From Candidatus Latescibacterota bacterium (GTDB lineage: Bacteria > Latescibacterota > UBA2968): 25,540 bases of DNA. Made by a program: the position numbers and the translations under genes. Below are positions 1-9,841 of the stretch, in pieces. The notes below the pieces were generated by a model that was not told the DNA's origin, did no database searches, and worked only from the letters and a program-made list of their open reading frames with translations. Each line of letters opens with the position of its first letter. Position 1 is the stretch's first letter. The stretch is taken from assembly GCA_038279365.1 (NCBI GenBank), contig JAYODI010000002.1, forward strand, positions 1-25,540, read 5' to 3'.

Positions 1-75
1 AAAATCACATAACCCCTTCTATAATTTATATTTTGATATCATTTTAACCAAGTATCACCATGCCCCAACCTTACC

Positions 76-552
76 TCATTCACCCAAGCTGCGATACCCA
101 CCACCAAAATACAACAATGGATCTCCTTCCCCCATTTGCCCTGTCACAATCTCTCCCACAAACATATCGTGATCACCCGCCGGCAAAACCTGAACCAATT
201 TGCAATCCAAATAACCCAAAGTACCACTCAAAATAGGCGCACCCGACAGAGCCTCCGCCACGTCCAAATCGGAAAAATCCTTGGGTCCTGGCATTGCAAA
301 CCGATTGGATAAATGCTCTTGATCTCGGGCCAAAATATTGATTGCATAACACTGTCCATCAGACAAAGCCTCATGCATGGTCGCCTTTTTATCTACCGAA
401 ACCACCACCAAGGGTGGGTCAAGCGACAAAGACATCACAGCATTGGCCGTCATCCCTGTCACTTCTCCGCTTTTATATCGGGTGGTCACCACCGTCACCC
501 CAGTTGCAAACCGCCCCATAATATCTCTTTGTAATCGCGAATCAAAAGCCAT
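76..552 (-). CDS. Flavin reductase family protein (HpaC/RutF-like)
   Basis: Motifs R..MGRFATGVTVVT, GMTANA..SLSLDPPLV and AGDH..FVGE. Start moved from 645 to the ATG at 552, which has an AAGGAG RBS (MAFDSRLQR..., 158 aa). Confidence 0.9.
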   Translation of the reverse strand: MAFDSRLQRDIMGRFATGVTVVTTRYKSGEVTGMTANAVMSLSLDPPLVVVSVDKKATMHEALSDGQCYAINILARDQEHLSNRFAMPGPKDFSDLDVAEALSGAPILSGTLGYLDCKLVQVLPAGDHDMFVGEIVTGQMGEGDPLLYFGGGYRSLGE

Positions 553-574
553 AAACACTCCTTGAAAAGGCTTC

Positions 575-667
575 AAACGGCAAATGGCAAATGGCAAAGA
601 GGGATCAATATAGAGTTGATTGAATAGAGGTGTTTCTTTTGCCATTTCACATTTGCCGTTTCACAGT
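575..667. repeat. Inverted pair of heptamer tandem arrays (AAAYGGC-like), long imperfect hairpin
   Basis: + strand 575-600 reads AAACGGC AAATGGC AAATGGC AAAGA. The - strand of 635-667 reads AACTGTG AAACGGC AAATGTG AAATGGC AAAAG. Spacer is about 34 nt. Confidence 0.75.
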
Positions 668-668
668 T

Positions 669-1847
669 TTACCAATCCCCCACACTGCCATCTGCATAAA
701 AGACGCGTTGCAACAACTCTTGCTCAAATGGATGTTTTGCAACTTCATCTTCATTAATTTCAATGCCCAAACCCGGTTTGTCACTTGGCCGAACAATACG
801 CCCCTTTTTCTCCACCGTATAACTTTCGGTCACCACATCATCGCGCCACGGCACATCAGAATGTACCGATTCACAAATGATATACGAGGGTGTTGCAAAC
901 CCAAACTCCAATGACGCGGCCGTACTCACAGGCCCTTGGGGGTTGTGAGGTGCCATGGCAATGCGATAACTTTCCGCCATAGCCGCAATACGCCGCGCTT
1001 CGCTTAATCCCCCACAATGTGTGATATCGGGTTGTATCACACTGCAGGCACGCAACTCAAACAATTCGCGAAAATCGTGTTGAGAAATCAACCGTTCACC
1101 CGTTGCAACAGGCGTGGTTACCGCTTGTTGAACCGCTGCAATATCGGCCATAGTTTCTGGCCAACAAGGTTCTTCAAAAAAGTATAAACCAAAGGGTTCC
1201 AATGCTTTTGCAAATCGAATCCCCATACGGGGTGACGGACGCGCATGGCAATCCACCATAATATCTATCTCTGGGCCAACAGCATCGCGCATGGCCCCCA
1301 CACAGGCTTCTGCATAGTGAACGGGTGTTAACCCTTCAAGTGGCATAGTAGGTGGTACCGCCATAGACTTAAATGCCGTAAAACCTTCGGCCACGGCTTG
1401 TTGGGCCAACTCACCAAAACGCCCTGCATCTTTGGGTTGGGTTTCGTAAAAGACCTCCATTTGCCCACCACCCAAATGACAATAGGTGCGAATATAATCG
1501 CGCACAGGTCCCCCCCAAAGCTGGTGGCAGGGTACACCTTGAATCTTGCCCAATATATCCCAAAGTGCAATGTCAATTCCACTAATGGCCGTAGAACGCA
1601 CAATGCCATTGCCGTGCCAAAAATGTTGCCGATACATCATTTGCCACAAATGCTCTATTCGGCGCGGGTCTTCCCCAATTAAGAGCTGAGAAATATCTTC
1701 AATGGCCCCCACAACAGAGCGTGTGTGCCACTCAAGCGTGGCCTCCCCCCACCCCCACAAACCATCTTGATCGGTTAATACCTTCACAAAAATCCAATTG
1801 CGCATGCGCGCATGACAAACTTTGGTTTCAATGGCAGTAATTTTCAT
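669..1847 (-). CDS. dgoD: Galactonate dehydratase-like enzyme (mandelate racemase subgroup, enolase superfamily)
   Basis: Motifs [57 protein letters not shown] and APHNPQGP are typical of DgoD. Substrate is not proven. Confidence 0.8.
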   Translation of the reverse strand: MKITAIETKVCHARMRNWIFVKVLTDQDGLWGWGEATLEWHTRSVVGAIEDISQLLIGEDPRRIEHLWQMMYRQHFWHGNGIVRSTAISGIDIALWDILGKIQGVPCHQLWGGPVRDYIRTYCHLGGGQMEVFYETQPKDAGRFGELAQQAVAEGFTAFKSMAVPPTMPLEGLTPVHYAEACVGAMRDAVGPEIDIMVDCHARPSPRMGIRFAKALEPFGLYFFEEPCWPETMADIAAVQQAVTTPVATGERLISQHDFRELFELRACSVIQPDITHCGGLSEARRIAAMAESYRIAMAPHNPQGPVSTAASLEFGFATPSYIICESVHSDVPWRDDVVTESYTVEKKGRIVRPSDKPGLGIEINEDEVAKHPFEQELLQRVFYADGSVGDW

Positions 1848-1940
1848 AACACCCCTCAGAAAACTTGTATCTTGTTTAATTTTTTTGCATAATAGGCTCT
1901 CAAAATAACGCCACGTCGCTTAAACCCAAAAGGATTTTTT

Positions 1941-3425
1941 ATGCCTCGGCAAACAATAGGTCTCTTGGTTGGCTTCGCCCTTTTCTTTTTGTTGCTCCTG
2001 CTTCCTGTGCCCAATGGTCTAAGCCCCGAAGCCATGCGCGCAGGTGCCGTCACCTTACTTATGGCCACCTGGTGGATGACCGAAGCCATTCCCATATCTG
2101 CCACAGCTCTTGTTCCTTTGGCATTATTTCCTCTGTTAAATGTCATAGACGCCAAAACCGTGGCCGCCAATTATGGTCACAATTACGTCCTGATGTTGCT
2201 GGCCGGTTTTTTTATTGCCAAAGCCATAGAACAACACGGCTTGCATCGCAGAATCGCATTGGCCATTATTCAACGCATTGGCACCAGTCGCCGTCGTCTT
2301 ATCTTGAGCTTTATGGTGGCCACTGCCTTTTTGTCCATGTGGATCGCCAACGTGGCCGTCACCTTGCTTATGTTGCCCATAGGCTTGGCCGTTATTGCCC
2401 GTGAAGAATCAGAAACCCAAGAACAAGATGCCTTTGGTTTGGCTCTTATGCTTGCCATTGCTTATGCGGCAAGCATAGGTGGCACAGGCACACTGATTGG
2501 CACACCGCCCAATATGGTCTTTGCGGGTATGGTCAAAAGCCTTTATCCTTCGGCCCCAGAAATCAGCTTTTTCAATTGGATGGTGATCGGCATCCCGCTG
2601 GTGTGCATATTTTTGCCTATCACGTGGTTCTACCTTGTGAAATATCACAAAATTGAAGGCAGTTTTGTGGGCAGTGGGGATGTCATACAAAAAGAAATAA
2701 AATCTCTTGGCACCATGAGCAAAGCCGAAAAACGCGTTTTCATTATCTTTGTGCTCACCGCACTTGGATGGGTCTTTCGAAACGGATTTACCATTGATCA
2801 AATGGTCATTCCAGGCTGGGCCGGGCTCTTAGGCATAGACGATATGGTTCACGATGCCACCGTGGCCGTTGTGGCGGCATTGGCCATGTTTCTCATCCCA
2901 TCGGGCGAAGACCAAAAACGGTTGCTCGATTGGAAGTCTGCCGAAAGTGTGCCTTGGGGGGTGCCACTCATTGTGGGCGGTGGATACGCCATTGCAAAAG
3001 GATTTTCTGAAACAGGGCTTGCCACATGGATAGGAAACGAACTGAGCTTTATCAGTGTCCTTCCCATATTTCTTATTTTGTTGTTGGTGGTGCTGTTTAT
3101 GACATTTATTACCGAAGTCAACTCCAACACCGCTACTGCCAATATCTTCTTGCCCGTATTGGCCACCATGGCCATAGCAGGCCAATCCCATCCTTTTTTA
3201 CTCATGATCCCAGGCACATTTGCCTGTTCTTGTGCCTTCATGTTGCCTTCCGGTACGGGCCCCAATGCGGTAATCTTTGGCAGTGGGCGCGTCACCATTC
3301 CTCAAATGTCGCGCACAGGCCTTTGGTTAAACTTTATCAGCGTCGTGGTCGTCACACTGGCAATGTATCTCATTGCCATTCCCGTTTTTGGCATCACATC
3401 GGGGGTTCCTATTTGGGCAAAATAA
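1941..3425 (+). CDS. SLC13/DASS family sodium:dicarboxylate or sulfate symporter
   Basis: Many TM segments. Motifs WW.TEAIP, FLSMWIAN, SIGG.GT.IGTPPN, TEV.SNTA and AFMLP.GT.PNA. Confidence 0.9.
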   Translation: MPRQTIGLLVGFALFFLLLLLPVPNGLSPEAMRAGAVTLLMATWWMTEAIPISATALVPLALFPLLNVIDAKTVAANYGHNYVLMLLAGFFIAKAIEQHGLHRRIALAIIQRIGTSRRRLILSFMVATAFLSMWIANVAVTLLMLPIGLAVIAREESETQEQDAFGLALMLAIAYAASIGGTGTLIGTPPNMVFAGMVKSLYPSAPEISFFNWMVIGIPLVCIFLPITWFYLVKYHKIEGSFVGSGDVIQKEIKSLGTMSKAEKRVFIIFVLTALGWVFRNGFTIDQMVIPGWAGLLGIDDMVHDATVAVVAALAMFLIPSGEDQKRLLDWKSAESVPWGVPLIVGGGYAIAKGFSETGLATWIGNELSFISVLPIFLILLLVVLFMTFITEVNSNTATANIFLPVLATMAIAGQSHPFLLMIPGTFACSCAFMLPSGTGPNAVIFGSGRVTIPQMSRTGLWLNFISVVVVTLAMYLIAIPVFGITSGVPIWAK

Positions 3426-3436
3426 GCTCTGTTAGG

Positions 3437-4426
3437 TTAGGTCATACGCCCCAACATCTCTCGCGAAACCACGTTTTGTACGGCTTCACCCTTAAAAAAA
3501 CGCGCCAAATCAGTCACCACACTTTCACTGTGCCTGCGCATCGTGTCTAAGGTCAAGCCCCCCCCATGAGGGGTTAAAATCACATTATCCAAATCGCGAA
3601 GCGGGTGCTCTTTGGGCAAGGGTTCTTTCCAAAACACATTTAATGCCGCACGTATACGACCCGATTGCAATGCAGATACAAGGGCTTCTTCATCAACAAC
3701 ACCAGCCCGTGCCGTATTGACCACCAATGCACGATCAGGTAACAATGCCAACTCCCGTGCGCCAATCATGCCCGTGGTTTCAGGTGTGAGGCCTGCATGA
3801 ACAGAAACCACCAAAGAATTTGACATTAAGTCATCCAATCCCACCAGTTGGCCACCATATTGTGCCACAACTGCCGCATCAATATAAGGGTCAAACACCC
3901 GCAAATCGACTCTAAACGGTTGTAACAATTCGGCCACACGCTTGGCAATCATGCCAAAACCAATCAACCCCACCGTCTTACCCATCAAATCCAAAGCCCC
4001 GCGTGCTTTTCCCCATCCATCTTCTTTCATCCGCTCAATCATATACGGAAAATCACGCAATCCATTGAGCATCATGGCCAAGGTCGTCTCTGCAACCGCA
4101 GGTGACATGGCCCACCCCGTATTGATAATGGTAACATCCTTATCGAGCAAATATTCGGGTTCTGTTTGCCCAACTGCCCCGCCCACAACCCCCACAACCT
4201 TCAATGAAGTCGCTGCATCTATAATTTCTTTTGTCAACCACCCACCACTGCGGCCCACCACAATGGCATCCACAGACACACACGCTGCACGTTTTTCTTC
4301 AACTGTGGGGGTTTGATCACCAGGGTGCTGAATCACATCTGCAAACGTGCGCAAAAAATCACGGTCTTCCAACCGCAAATTCTCATCTTTTTCGGGTAAT
4401 GCAATATAAATTTTAGGTTTTTTCAC
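3437..4426 (-). CDS. D-isomer-specific 2-hydroxyacid dehydrogenase (NAD-binding)
   Basis: GLIGFGMIA Rossmann motif, FDPY, VNTAR (catalytic Arg), EP (Glu) and TPH (His). Likely GTG start at 4426 after a GGAAGGA RBS. Confidence 0.88.
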   Translation of the reverse strand: MKKPKIYIALPEKDENLRLEDRDFLRTFADVIQHPGDQTPTVEEKRAACVSVDAIVVGRSGGWLTKEIIDAATSLKVVGVVGGAVGQTEPEYLLDKDVTIINTGWAMSPAVAETTLAMMLNGLRDFPYMIERMKEDGWGKARGALDLMGKTVGLIGFGMIAKRVAELLQPFRVDLRVFDPYIDAAVVAQYGGQLVGLDDLMSNSLVVSVHAGLTPETTGMIGARELALLPDRALVVNTARAGVVDEEALVSALQSGRIRAALNVFWKEPLPKEHPLRDLDNVILTPHGGGLTLDTMRRHSESVVTDLARFFKGEAVQNVVSREMLGRMT

Positions 4427-4501
4427 AAAACGTCCTTCCATTCAATAAATCGGATGAATGCCATGCGGATGCCACATATGACATAACAACTTTAATAACA
4501 C

Positions 4502-4530
4502 AAAAACGACGTTCAAAAAGAACGCCGTTT
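4502..4530 (-). terminator. Probable intrinsic terminator ending the anSME-DUF6901 operon
   Basis: - strand AAACGGCGTTC-TTTTT-GAACGTCGTTT followed by TTGTGTT, about 90 nt after the stop at 4622. Confidence 0.55.
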
Positions 4531-4621
4531 CCACGCCAAATATCATCCCCCAAATGCCATCCAACGCAGCATACTCTTCTTACACCACCAAAGCTTTTGT
4601 GAAGGTTGGCGTGCCCCATTC

Positions 4622-5341
4622 TTAATTTTTACCATCAAATCGATCCAGATAAGGTTGAAAAATATATTTCAATTCATCAAGCCGTTCTTCCATTCCAAAC
4701 GTGAAATTTTTGGCAAAAAAATCCAATTCCACCAAGGCGTTAATGGCTGCATCTCGCTCTATGGCCTCACGAACACGCTTGGCCATGTGTTCGTTTAATA
4801 CTTCAACACTGCGATAAAAATCGCCTAATCCACGCATCGACAAATCGGCATTCCCGGTTTGTCGATAAAGATAATATTGCGCCAACAAATACATCGATGC
4901 CGCCCGATAAGTCGTTTCATCTGAAGTTGCAAATGGCAAATGAAACGCGGCCATCGGTCTAAAAAGTGCCATAATGGGGCAACCACTGGTTGCCATCACC
5001 AAGCCCATAAGGGCACTTAAACCCTGTTGGGCAGATGTGCTTTTAGACACAGTGCGCTCTGGTGTTAGCACTTCCACAACCATTTCTTCATACGAGATAA
5101 TTTCTGCAAAACGATCCACAATACCACATATTCGGGCCGACAACGGGCAATGTGGGTGCGTTTCAGATTGCAATGGACAATGCACACACTTATGAAAATC
5201 CAAAAGCGTCCAGTCTGGCAAATTTTCGGGCAAAGGCTCTGTGGCCGCTATTGTTTTGGGATCTAAGACCACCACAAAGGTTTCTTTGTGTCCATCAGGA
5301 AAACTGAACACATACGTAATGCTGGTCGTTTCTTCCGCCAT
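4622..5341 (-). CDS. DUF6901-like protein of unknown function
   Basis: Motifs PDWT.L.FHKC.HCPL....HCPL, S.EE..V.V.T.ER, Q.GL..LMGL.MATSGCP and RPMA.FHLPFA recalled from DUF6901. GAGGGA RBS. Confidence 0.7.
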   Translation of the reverse strand: MAEETTSITYVFSFPDGHKETFVVVLDPKTIAATEPLPENLPDWTLLDFHKCVHCPLQSETHPHCPLSARICGIVDRFAEIISYEEMVVEVLTPERTVSKSTSAQQGLSALMGLVMATSGCPIMALFRPMAAFHLPFATSDETTYRAASMYLLAQYYLYRQTGNADLSMRGLGDFYRSVEVLNEHMAKRVREAIERDAAINALVELDFFAKNFTFGMEERLDELKYIFQPYLDRFDGKN

Positions 5342-5358
5342 GGTTCCCTCACAAAGTT

Positions 5359-5730
5359 TTATACCAACAATCGGTTCACCGCAGCAAGCAAATCAGGCAT
5401 CCGAAAAGGCTTTGACAAAAGTTCTTGTGCGCCAAAGTCACCAGCAAAACCCAAAGATGCTAAATTCCCTTTTGTATCTCCTGCTGACATAGCAATGACC
5501 TTCATATCAGGCCTGTTTGCCAAAACCATGCGGATAAATTCCAAGCCGTCCATCTCTGGCATGTAAATATCAGAAATTAAAAGGTCGATCTCTTGGCCTT
5601 GAGACAAAAAAATACGTTGACCGCATTCCCCATTTTCAGCCAAAAACACCGTATGCCCTTCGAGTTTCAAAAAGTCATCGAGCATCAACCGAATTTCTTT
5701 GCTGTCATCAACCACCAAAATCACAGCCAT
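5359..5730 (-). CDS. Single-domain response regulator (CheY-like receiver)
   Basis: ILVVDD, DLLISDIYMPEMDG (phospho-Asp), AMSA and KPF. ATG at 5730 with a GGAG RBS, overlapping the upstream stop (TAATG). Confidence 0.9.
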   Translation of the reverse strand: MAVILVVDDSKEIRLMLDDFLKLEGHTVFLAENGECGQRIFLSQGQEIDLLISDIYMPEMDGLEFIRMVLANRPDMKVIAMSAGDTKGNLASLGFAGDFGAQELLSKPFRMPDLLAAVNRLLV

Positions 5731-6134
5731 TAGGCACTCCAAGCAAGGGTTGTTGGCAGTTGAGAATGTGACAGTGCAGTTGCTATTTGCCTGCTTTTAA
5801 TCACTATTTTCCAATAGCTACGAAATCTTTTACACCACTCATCTTCAGAGATGTTACCCAATCGATAATGGCGATACACATCTCGCTCCAGTTCAATAGC
5901 AAATGCACAATAACGGCCCAATGTGGGTTGGTCAATTACTCCCAAAGATGCAAACCCACCAGAAACAACGTGTGCGATCATCTGTCCATGATCTAATAAC
6001 CGCACAGATTGAATGCGTTTGACCGAATCATTGTGCCACTCAGGCAGCAGTTGTAATTCGCGTCCATCAACAAAAGCCACCACCGCCACACCATCACGAG
6101 CCCCATAACCTTCAAGCAATGACCGGTCAATCAT
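5730..6134 (-). CDS. Hypothetical protein (134 aa)
   Basis: Fills the gap exactly, with an ATGA overlap on the anSME stop and a TAATG overlap on the receiver start. No motif recognised. Confidence 0.7.
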   Translation of the reverse strand: MIDRSLLEGYGARDGVAVVAFVDGRELQLLPEWHNDSVKRIQSVRLLDHGQMIAHVVSGGFASLGVIDQPTLGRYCAFAIELERDVYRHYRLGNISEDEWCKRFRSYWKIVIKSRQIATALSHSQLPTTLAWSA

Positions 6135-7468
6135 CTTTTTTGTCCATGACATTGTTTAAATTTTTTTCCACTGCCACAAGGGCAAGGATCGTTTCGCCCA
6201 ACAAGTTGCATTTGTTTGGCCAAGCGCGCTTCATCTTGTTGTTTTGCCCAAACCATCACCCCTGATGCAGGCCGCCTGTGAGACAACTCGCTTGCCATAA
6301 CGCGCAAATAAGGGTCCGCGGTCTTAAAAAACATTTTATAACCCTTACAAAAGTAGTTCAACCCTTTCTCGCCATCTGGGGTTAATATAAACCGATGCTT
6401 AGGACACCCCCCGTTGCAGGCAAAACGAAACGTACAATCTTGACAATACTGGGGCAAGGTATCGCGTTTGTCGGTGCCAAACTTCCGTTGTTGTGGGCTG
6501 GCCACCAGTTCGCCAATAGATGTGTCGTGTACATTGCCCAAGTTATAGTCGGGATACACAAAATGATCACACGAATACAAGTCGCCATTGTGTTCAATAA
6601 TAAGGGCATCGCCACACGTTTCTGAAAAAATGCACAAACTCGGGTTTTGCCCCAACCAAGCCCCTAAGGCCACATCGAAAATTTGCACAAAATAACGCCC
6701 CACATCTTTGCGCACCCACTCTTCAAATACTTGTGACAGAAATCGACCATACTGATGGGCACTCACCGACCATTGTGAAACCGTTGCACCATCTTCAAAA
6801 TTGGGATCAACCAATGTCAACAAATCTTCACGAGGTTGTGCCGCAATGCGTTCCACAATGGGAATAAATTGCATGAATTGACTGCCAATAGACTTCAAAA
6901 AATTGTACACTTCCAACGGATGTTGGGCATTGTGAGACTGCAAGACGGTAAGGGTGTTAAATTCTACGCGGTGTTTTTTAAGCACCTCTATACCACGCAT
7001 CACCTGGTCAAATGTAGTTTTTCCCCCTTTGTCCACGCGGTAGAAGTCATGCATATGTTGAGGCCCATCGACAGACACCCCAACCAAAAATTTGTGCTTG
7101 GCCAAAAAGATGGCCCATGCGTCGTCTAATAAGGTGCCATTGGTTTGAAAGGCATTGGTAATCGTCTTCCCATTGGCATATTGTTGCTGCAAAGAAACCG
7201 CTTTTTTAAAAAAATCAATCCCCATCAAAGTGGGTTCGCCACCTTGCCAAGCAAAGTTGACTTCTGGTACATCTTGGGCCTCAATATATTGCTTCACATA
7301 TTGCTCAAGTGTTTCTTCGCTCATCTTCCATTGTTTGCCTTTTTCTGGATATAATTTCTCTTTTTCCAGATAAAAACAATATTTGCAATCAATATTACAA
7401 ACAGCCCCCGAAGGTTTTGCCATCACATGAACCGATCTTGGCGACTCTGCCGTTATCGTTTCTGCCAT
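6131..7468 (-). CDS. Anaerobic sulfatase maturase (radical SAM/SPASM, AslB/AtsB/ChuR family) with C-terminal SEC-C motif
   Basis: KP.G..CNIDCKYCFY, FAWQGGEP, QTNG, S.DGP..HD.YR. SPASM cysteines in LCIFSETCG, YSCDHFV and CQDC.FRFACNGGCPKHRF. Ends GRNDPCPCGSGKKFKQCH. AGGAG RBS. Confidence 0.95.
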   Translation of the reverse strand: MAETITAESPRSVHVMAKPSGAVCNIDCKYCFYLEKEKLYPEKGKQWKMSEETLEQYVKQYIEAQDVPEVNFAWQGGEPTLMGIDFFKKAVSLQQQYANGKTITNAFQTNGTLLDDAWAIFLAKHKFLVGVSVDGPQHMHDFYRVDKGGKTTFDQVMRGIEVLKKHRVEFNTLTVLQSHNAQHPLEVYNFLKSIGSQFMQFIPIVERIAAQPREDLLTLVDPNFEDGATVSQWSVSAHQYGRFLSQVFEEWVRKDVGRYFVQIFDVALGAWLGQNPSLCIFSETCGDALIIEHNGDLYSCDHFVYPDYNLGNVHDTSIGELVASPQQRKFGTDKRDTLPQYCQDCTFRFACNGGCPKHRFILTPDGEKGLNYFCKGYKMFFKTADPYLRVMASELSHRRPASGVMVWAKQQDEARLAKQMQLVGRNDPCPCGSGKKFKQCHGQKR

Positions 7469-7522
7469 AAACCCACTCCTTCACGCACCAACAAACCATA
7501 TAAATGCCCAAATTTATTGAAT

Positions 7523-7551
7523 AGTATAGGGCATAAACCTCCACAAAACAA
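7523..7551 (-). promoter_or_regulatory. Probable sigma-70 promoter of the anSME operon
   Basis: - strand TTGTTT-N17-TATACT in the AT-rich divergent intergenic region. Confidence 0.55.
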
Positions 7552-7666
7552 CGAATTTATACTTGCTTAATCTCTCAATTTTCACCATTATTTAAAAATA
7601 TATAAATAAATAACCATCAATATAGTTTTGGTTTCCCATCAACCATCTAATGAAGGTTCATCGTCT

Positions 7667-8749
7667 ATGTTTGGCGGAAGCAACAACAAACGCGGCTTTG
7701 TTCGTGAAAAAATCTCAACAACCGAAAAAACCATCTCCTATGCCTTGCTTATTCTTATTCTTGGCATAGGAATATCCATATATACAAAAGGACAGCGTTT
7801 TGATCCTGGGCTGTTTGAATTGGATCATGAATATATCCAAAATGCCCAAACAGACCCTCGTGAATCGCTCAAACTTTACGAACCGGGATTTGGACCAGAC
7901 GGGGAAATCACCTCACCATCCCCCCCAACAATTGCAACCACGCCATTTTCCAATCTGACGCCCTCGGGTTGGAAAATGTTGGGCAAAGAAGAAGCCTTTA
8001 CCGCCGATACCCTTTATGAAAAAATTAATGGACGCGCCGAGCAATACATTCGTTATGGTGTTAAAGGCATGCAATTTGTCGGTTTTACCGATGGGAACAA
8101 GTTTATCGATGTTTTCGTCTACGACATGGATACGCCCATTCAGGCATTTGGCATTTATTCTGTAGAACGCACCGAAGGTGCGCCCAAAGCGACGTTGGGC
8201 AGAGAGGGTTATCAGGTAGAGGCCAGTTACTTTTTCTGGAAAGGCCCCTATTACGGTCAAGTAATCGCCTCAGACACCGATGCATCTTTACAACAAGTAA
8301 GCCAGTCCATTGCCGAATCCCTCACCAATCGGTTAAATGACAATGGTGAAACACTTTGGGGGTATGATCTCCTGCCTCAAAATGCACGCATTCAAGATAC
8401 CGTCCAATATTTTAAGCGCGATGCACTCAGCCTCGACTTTCTTACAAATGCCTTCTCTGCACGCTACCTCATTCAAGGCCAAGAACTCACAGCCTTTATC
8501 GCCCAAGCAAATACCCCCGCAGAAGCCAAAGAAATACTGGGGAAATACACGTCTTATATCACCAACTACGGCGACATGTTAAACACCGAAGAAACTGCGA
8601 ATACCACCTTGCTCGTTGGTGATATGGGTGGGTTATATGACATTGTCTTTCAAAAAGGAAACTTTGTCGGTGGCATCACATTGGCAGAAGATCGCACGGT
8701 CAGTGAAAAAATGGTGCGTGACTGGTTTCCCAAACTCACCGTACAATAA
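7667..8749 (+). CDS. DUF6599-like membrane-anchored protein
   Basis: N-terminal TM (ISYALLILILGIGISIY). Motifs LYEKINGRAEQY..YG, VYDM....AFGIYS and FWKG.YY recalled from DUF6599. ATG at 7667 preferred over TTG at 7628. Confidence 0.7.
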   Translation: MFGGSNNKRGFVREKISTTEKTISYALLILILGIGISIYTKGQRFDPGLFELDHEYIQNAQTDPRESLKLYEPGFGPDGEITSPSPPTIATTPFSNLTPSGWKMLGKEEAFTADTLYEKINGRAEQYIRYGVKGMQFVGFTDGNKFIDVFVYDMDTPIQAFGIYSVERTEGAPKATLGREGYQVEASYFFWKGPYYGQVIASDTDASLQQVSQSIAESLTNRLNDNGETLWGYDLLPQNARIQDTVQYFKRDALSLDFLTNAFSARYLIQGQELTAFIAQANTPAEAKEILGKYTSYITNYGDMLNTEETANTTLLVGDMGGLYDIVFQKGNFVGGITLAEDRTVSEKMVRDWFPKLTVQ

Positions 8750-8790
8750 ATCGCTCTAGCAGATCATTCCCTCACCCATTGAGGATATAT

Positions 8791-9774
8791 ATGGACAGAC
8801 GAGATTTTCTCAAACAAGCAGGTGCCACCAGCCTTGCCATTGCAGGCACGGCCTTAGGAGCGGCCTGGTTATATGACCCGCGCAGTGGTGCAGATTTCTT
8901 TCGAGAATCAAAAGTTGCCGATGCCAAAATCTTACCTTCTTTTCTCGTAGACCGCGGTGCAAACCCCGTCACCATGGCCGTGGCACGAGGCGAAAATGAT
9001 GTTGAAGCACTTGTGCGTGCAGCAATAGGTGAAATGGGAGGGATTCAAAGCTTCATTCAAAAAAACGATGTGGTATTGCTCAAACCCAATGTGGCCTTTG
9101 ACCGTGCGCCCATCTTAGGAGCCACCACCAACCCCGATGTACTTAAGGCTGTGGCCAAACTCTGCAAAGAAGCCGGTGCATCGCGAATCCTTATTGCCGA
9201 TAACCCCATCAATCAGCCCGAAGGCTGTTTTTTCAAATCGGGCATTCAAGCCGCAGCCAATGAAATTGGGGCCGAGCTCTACCTCCCCAAGCCCAGTGCT
9301 TTTGCGCCTGTCAAAATAGACGGTGAAGTGCTTTCCACCTGGACTATGTTTTACAAACCTTTTGAAATCGCCAATAAAGTCATTGGCATTGCGCCCTGCA
9401 AAGACCACAACTTGTGCAGTGGATCGATGACCATGAAAAATTGGTATGGCCTGTTGGGTGGCAGGCGCAATCAGTTTCACCAAAACATCCATGGCATTGT
9501 CTCCGACTTTCCACACATGATCAAACCCACACTCGTTGTTTTGGATGCCACACGCATGCTCATGAAAAATGGCCCAACAGGTGGCAGTATGGGCGATGTT
9601 GCCAAAGGACAATCTCTCATTGTTGGCACCGACATGGTGGCCGTAGACACTTTTGGTTACGCGCTTTTAGGGCGCGACCCTGCCAAACTCGAATATCTTC
9701 ACAAAGCAGAAAAACGAGGCCTTGGCACCACCAAATGGCGTGAGCAAAATTGGCGAGAGATTCAGGTCGGTTAG
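8791..9774 (+). CDS. DUF362 domain protein with twin-arginine signal
   Basis: MDRRDFLKQ followed by an h-region. VLLKPN, TTNP, K.H......MKNWYG, R...H, LDA.R.L..NGP.GG and D.VAVD are DUF362 motifs. GAGGA RBS at 8781. Confidence 0.88.
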   Translation: MDRRDFLKQAGATSLAIAGTALGAAWLYDPRSGADFFRESKVADAKILPSFLVDRGANPVTMAVARGENDVEALVRAAIGEMGGIQSFIQKNDVVLLKPNVAFDRAPILGATTNPDVLKAVAKLCKEAGASRILIADNPINQPEGCFFKSGIQAAANEIGAELYLPKPSAFAPVKIDGEVLSTWTMFYKPFEIANKVIGIAPCKDHNLCSGSMTMKNWYGLLGGRRNQFHQNIHGIVSDFPHMIKPTLVVLDATRMLMKNGPTGGSMGDVAKGQSLIVGTDMVAVDTFGYALLGRDPAKLEYLHKAEKRGLGTTKWREQNWREIQVG

Positions 9775-9841
9775 CCCTCAAACTTTAAAAATAACATCTC
9801 AAGAATCGCATTTAACAAGCCCTTCTTCCGAGAGTCTATAA

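Noticed and set aside
553..645. 31-aa N-terminal extension of the flavin reductase in the ORF track
   Set aside because: It runs through the heptamer inverted repeat, and the ATG at 552 has a proper RBS and matches the family start.
3630..3650. AALNVF instead of AALDVF in the 2-hydroxyacid dehydrogenase
   Set aside because: Single GAT/AAT difference with catalytic Arg, Glu and His intact, so it is too weak to call a changed function.
4459..4474. Sigma-54-like TGGCAT-N5-TGGCA on the - strand upstream of the dehydrogenase
   Set aside because: GG-N10-GC spacing fits, but the -12 element deviates from TTGC and no activator gene is nearby. It could be chance.
4413..4619. 68-aa ORF between the DUF6901-like gene and the dehydrogenase
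   Set aside because: It spans a terminator-like hairpin and has no recognisable motif, so it is probably intergenic.
6131..7468. Radical SAM/SPASM enzyme as a RiPP maturase
   Set aside because: Motifs match canonical anaerobic sulfatase maturases, no precursor peptide, RRE domain or exporter is adjacent, and a Cys-type sulfatase is present in the window. The SEC-C tail is a known variant.
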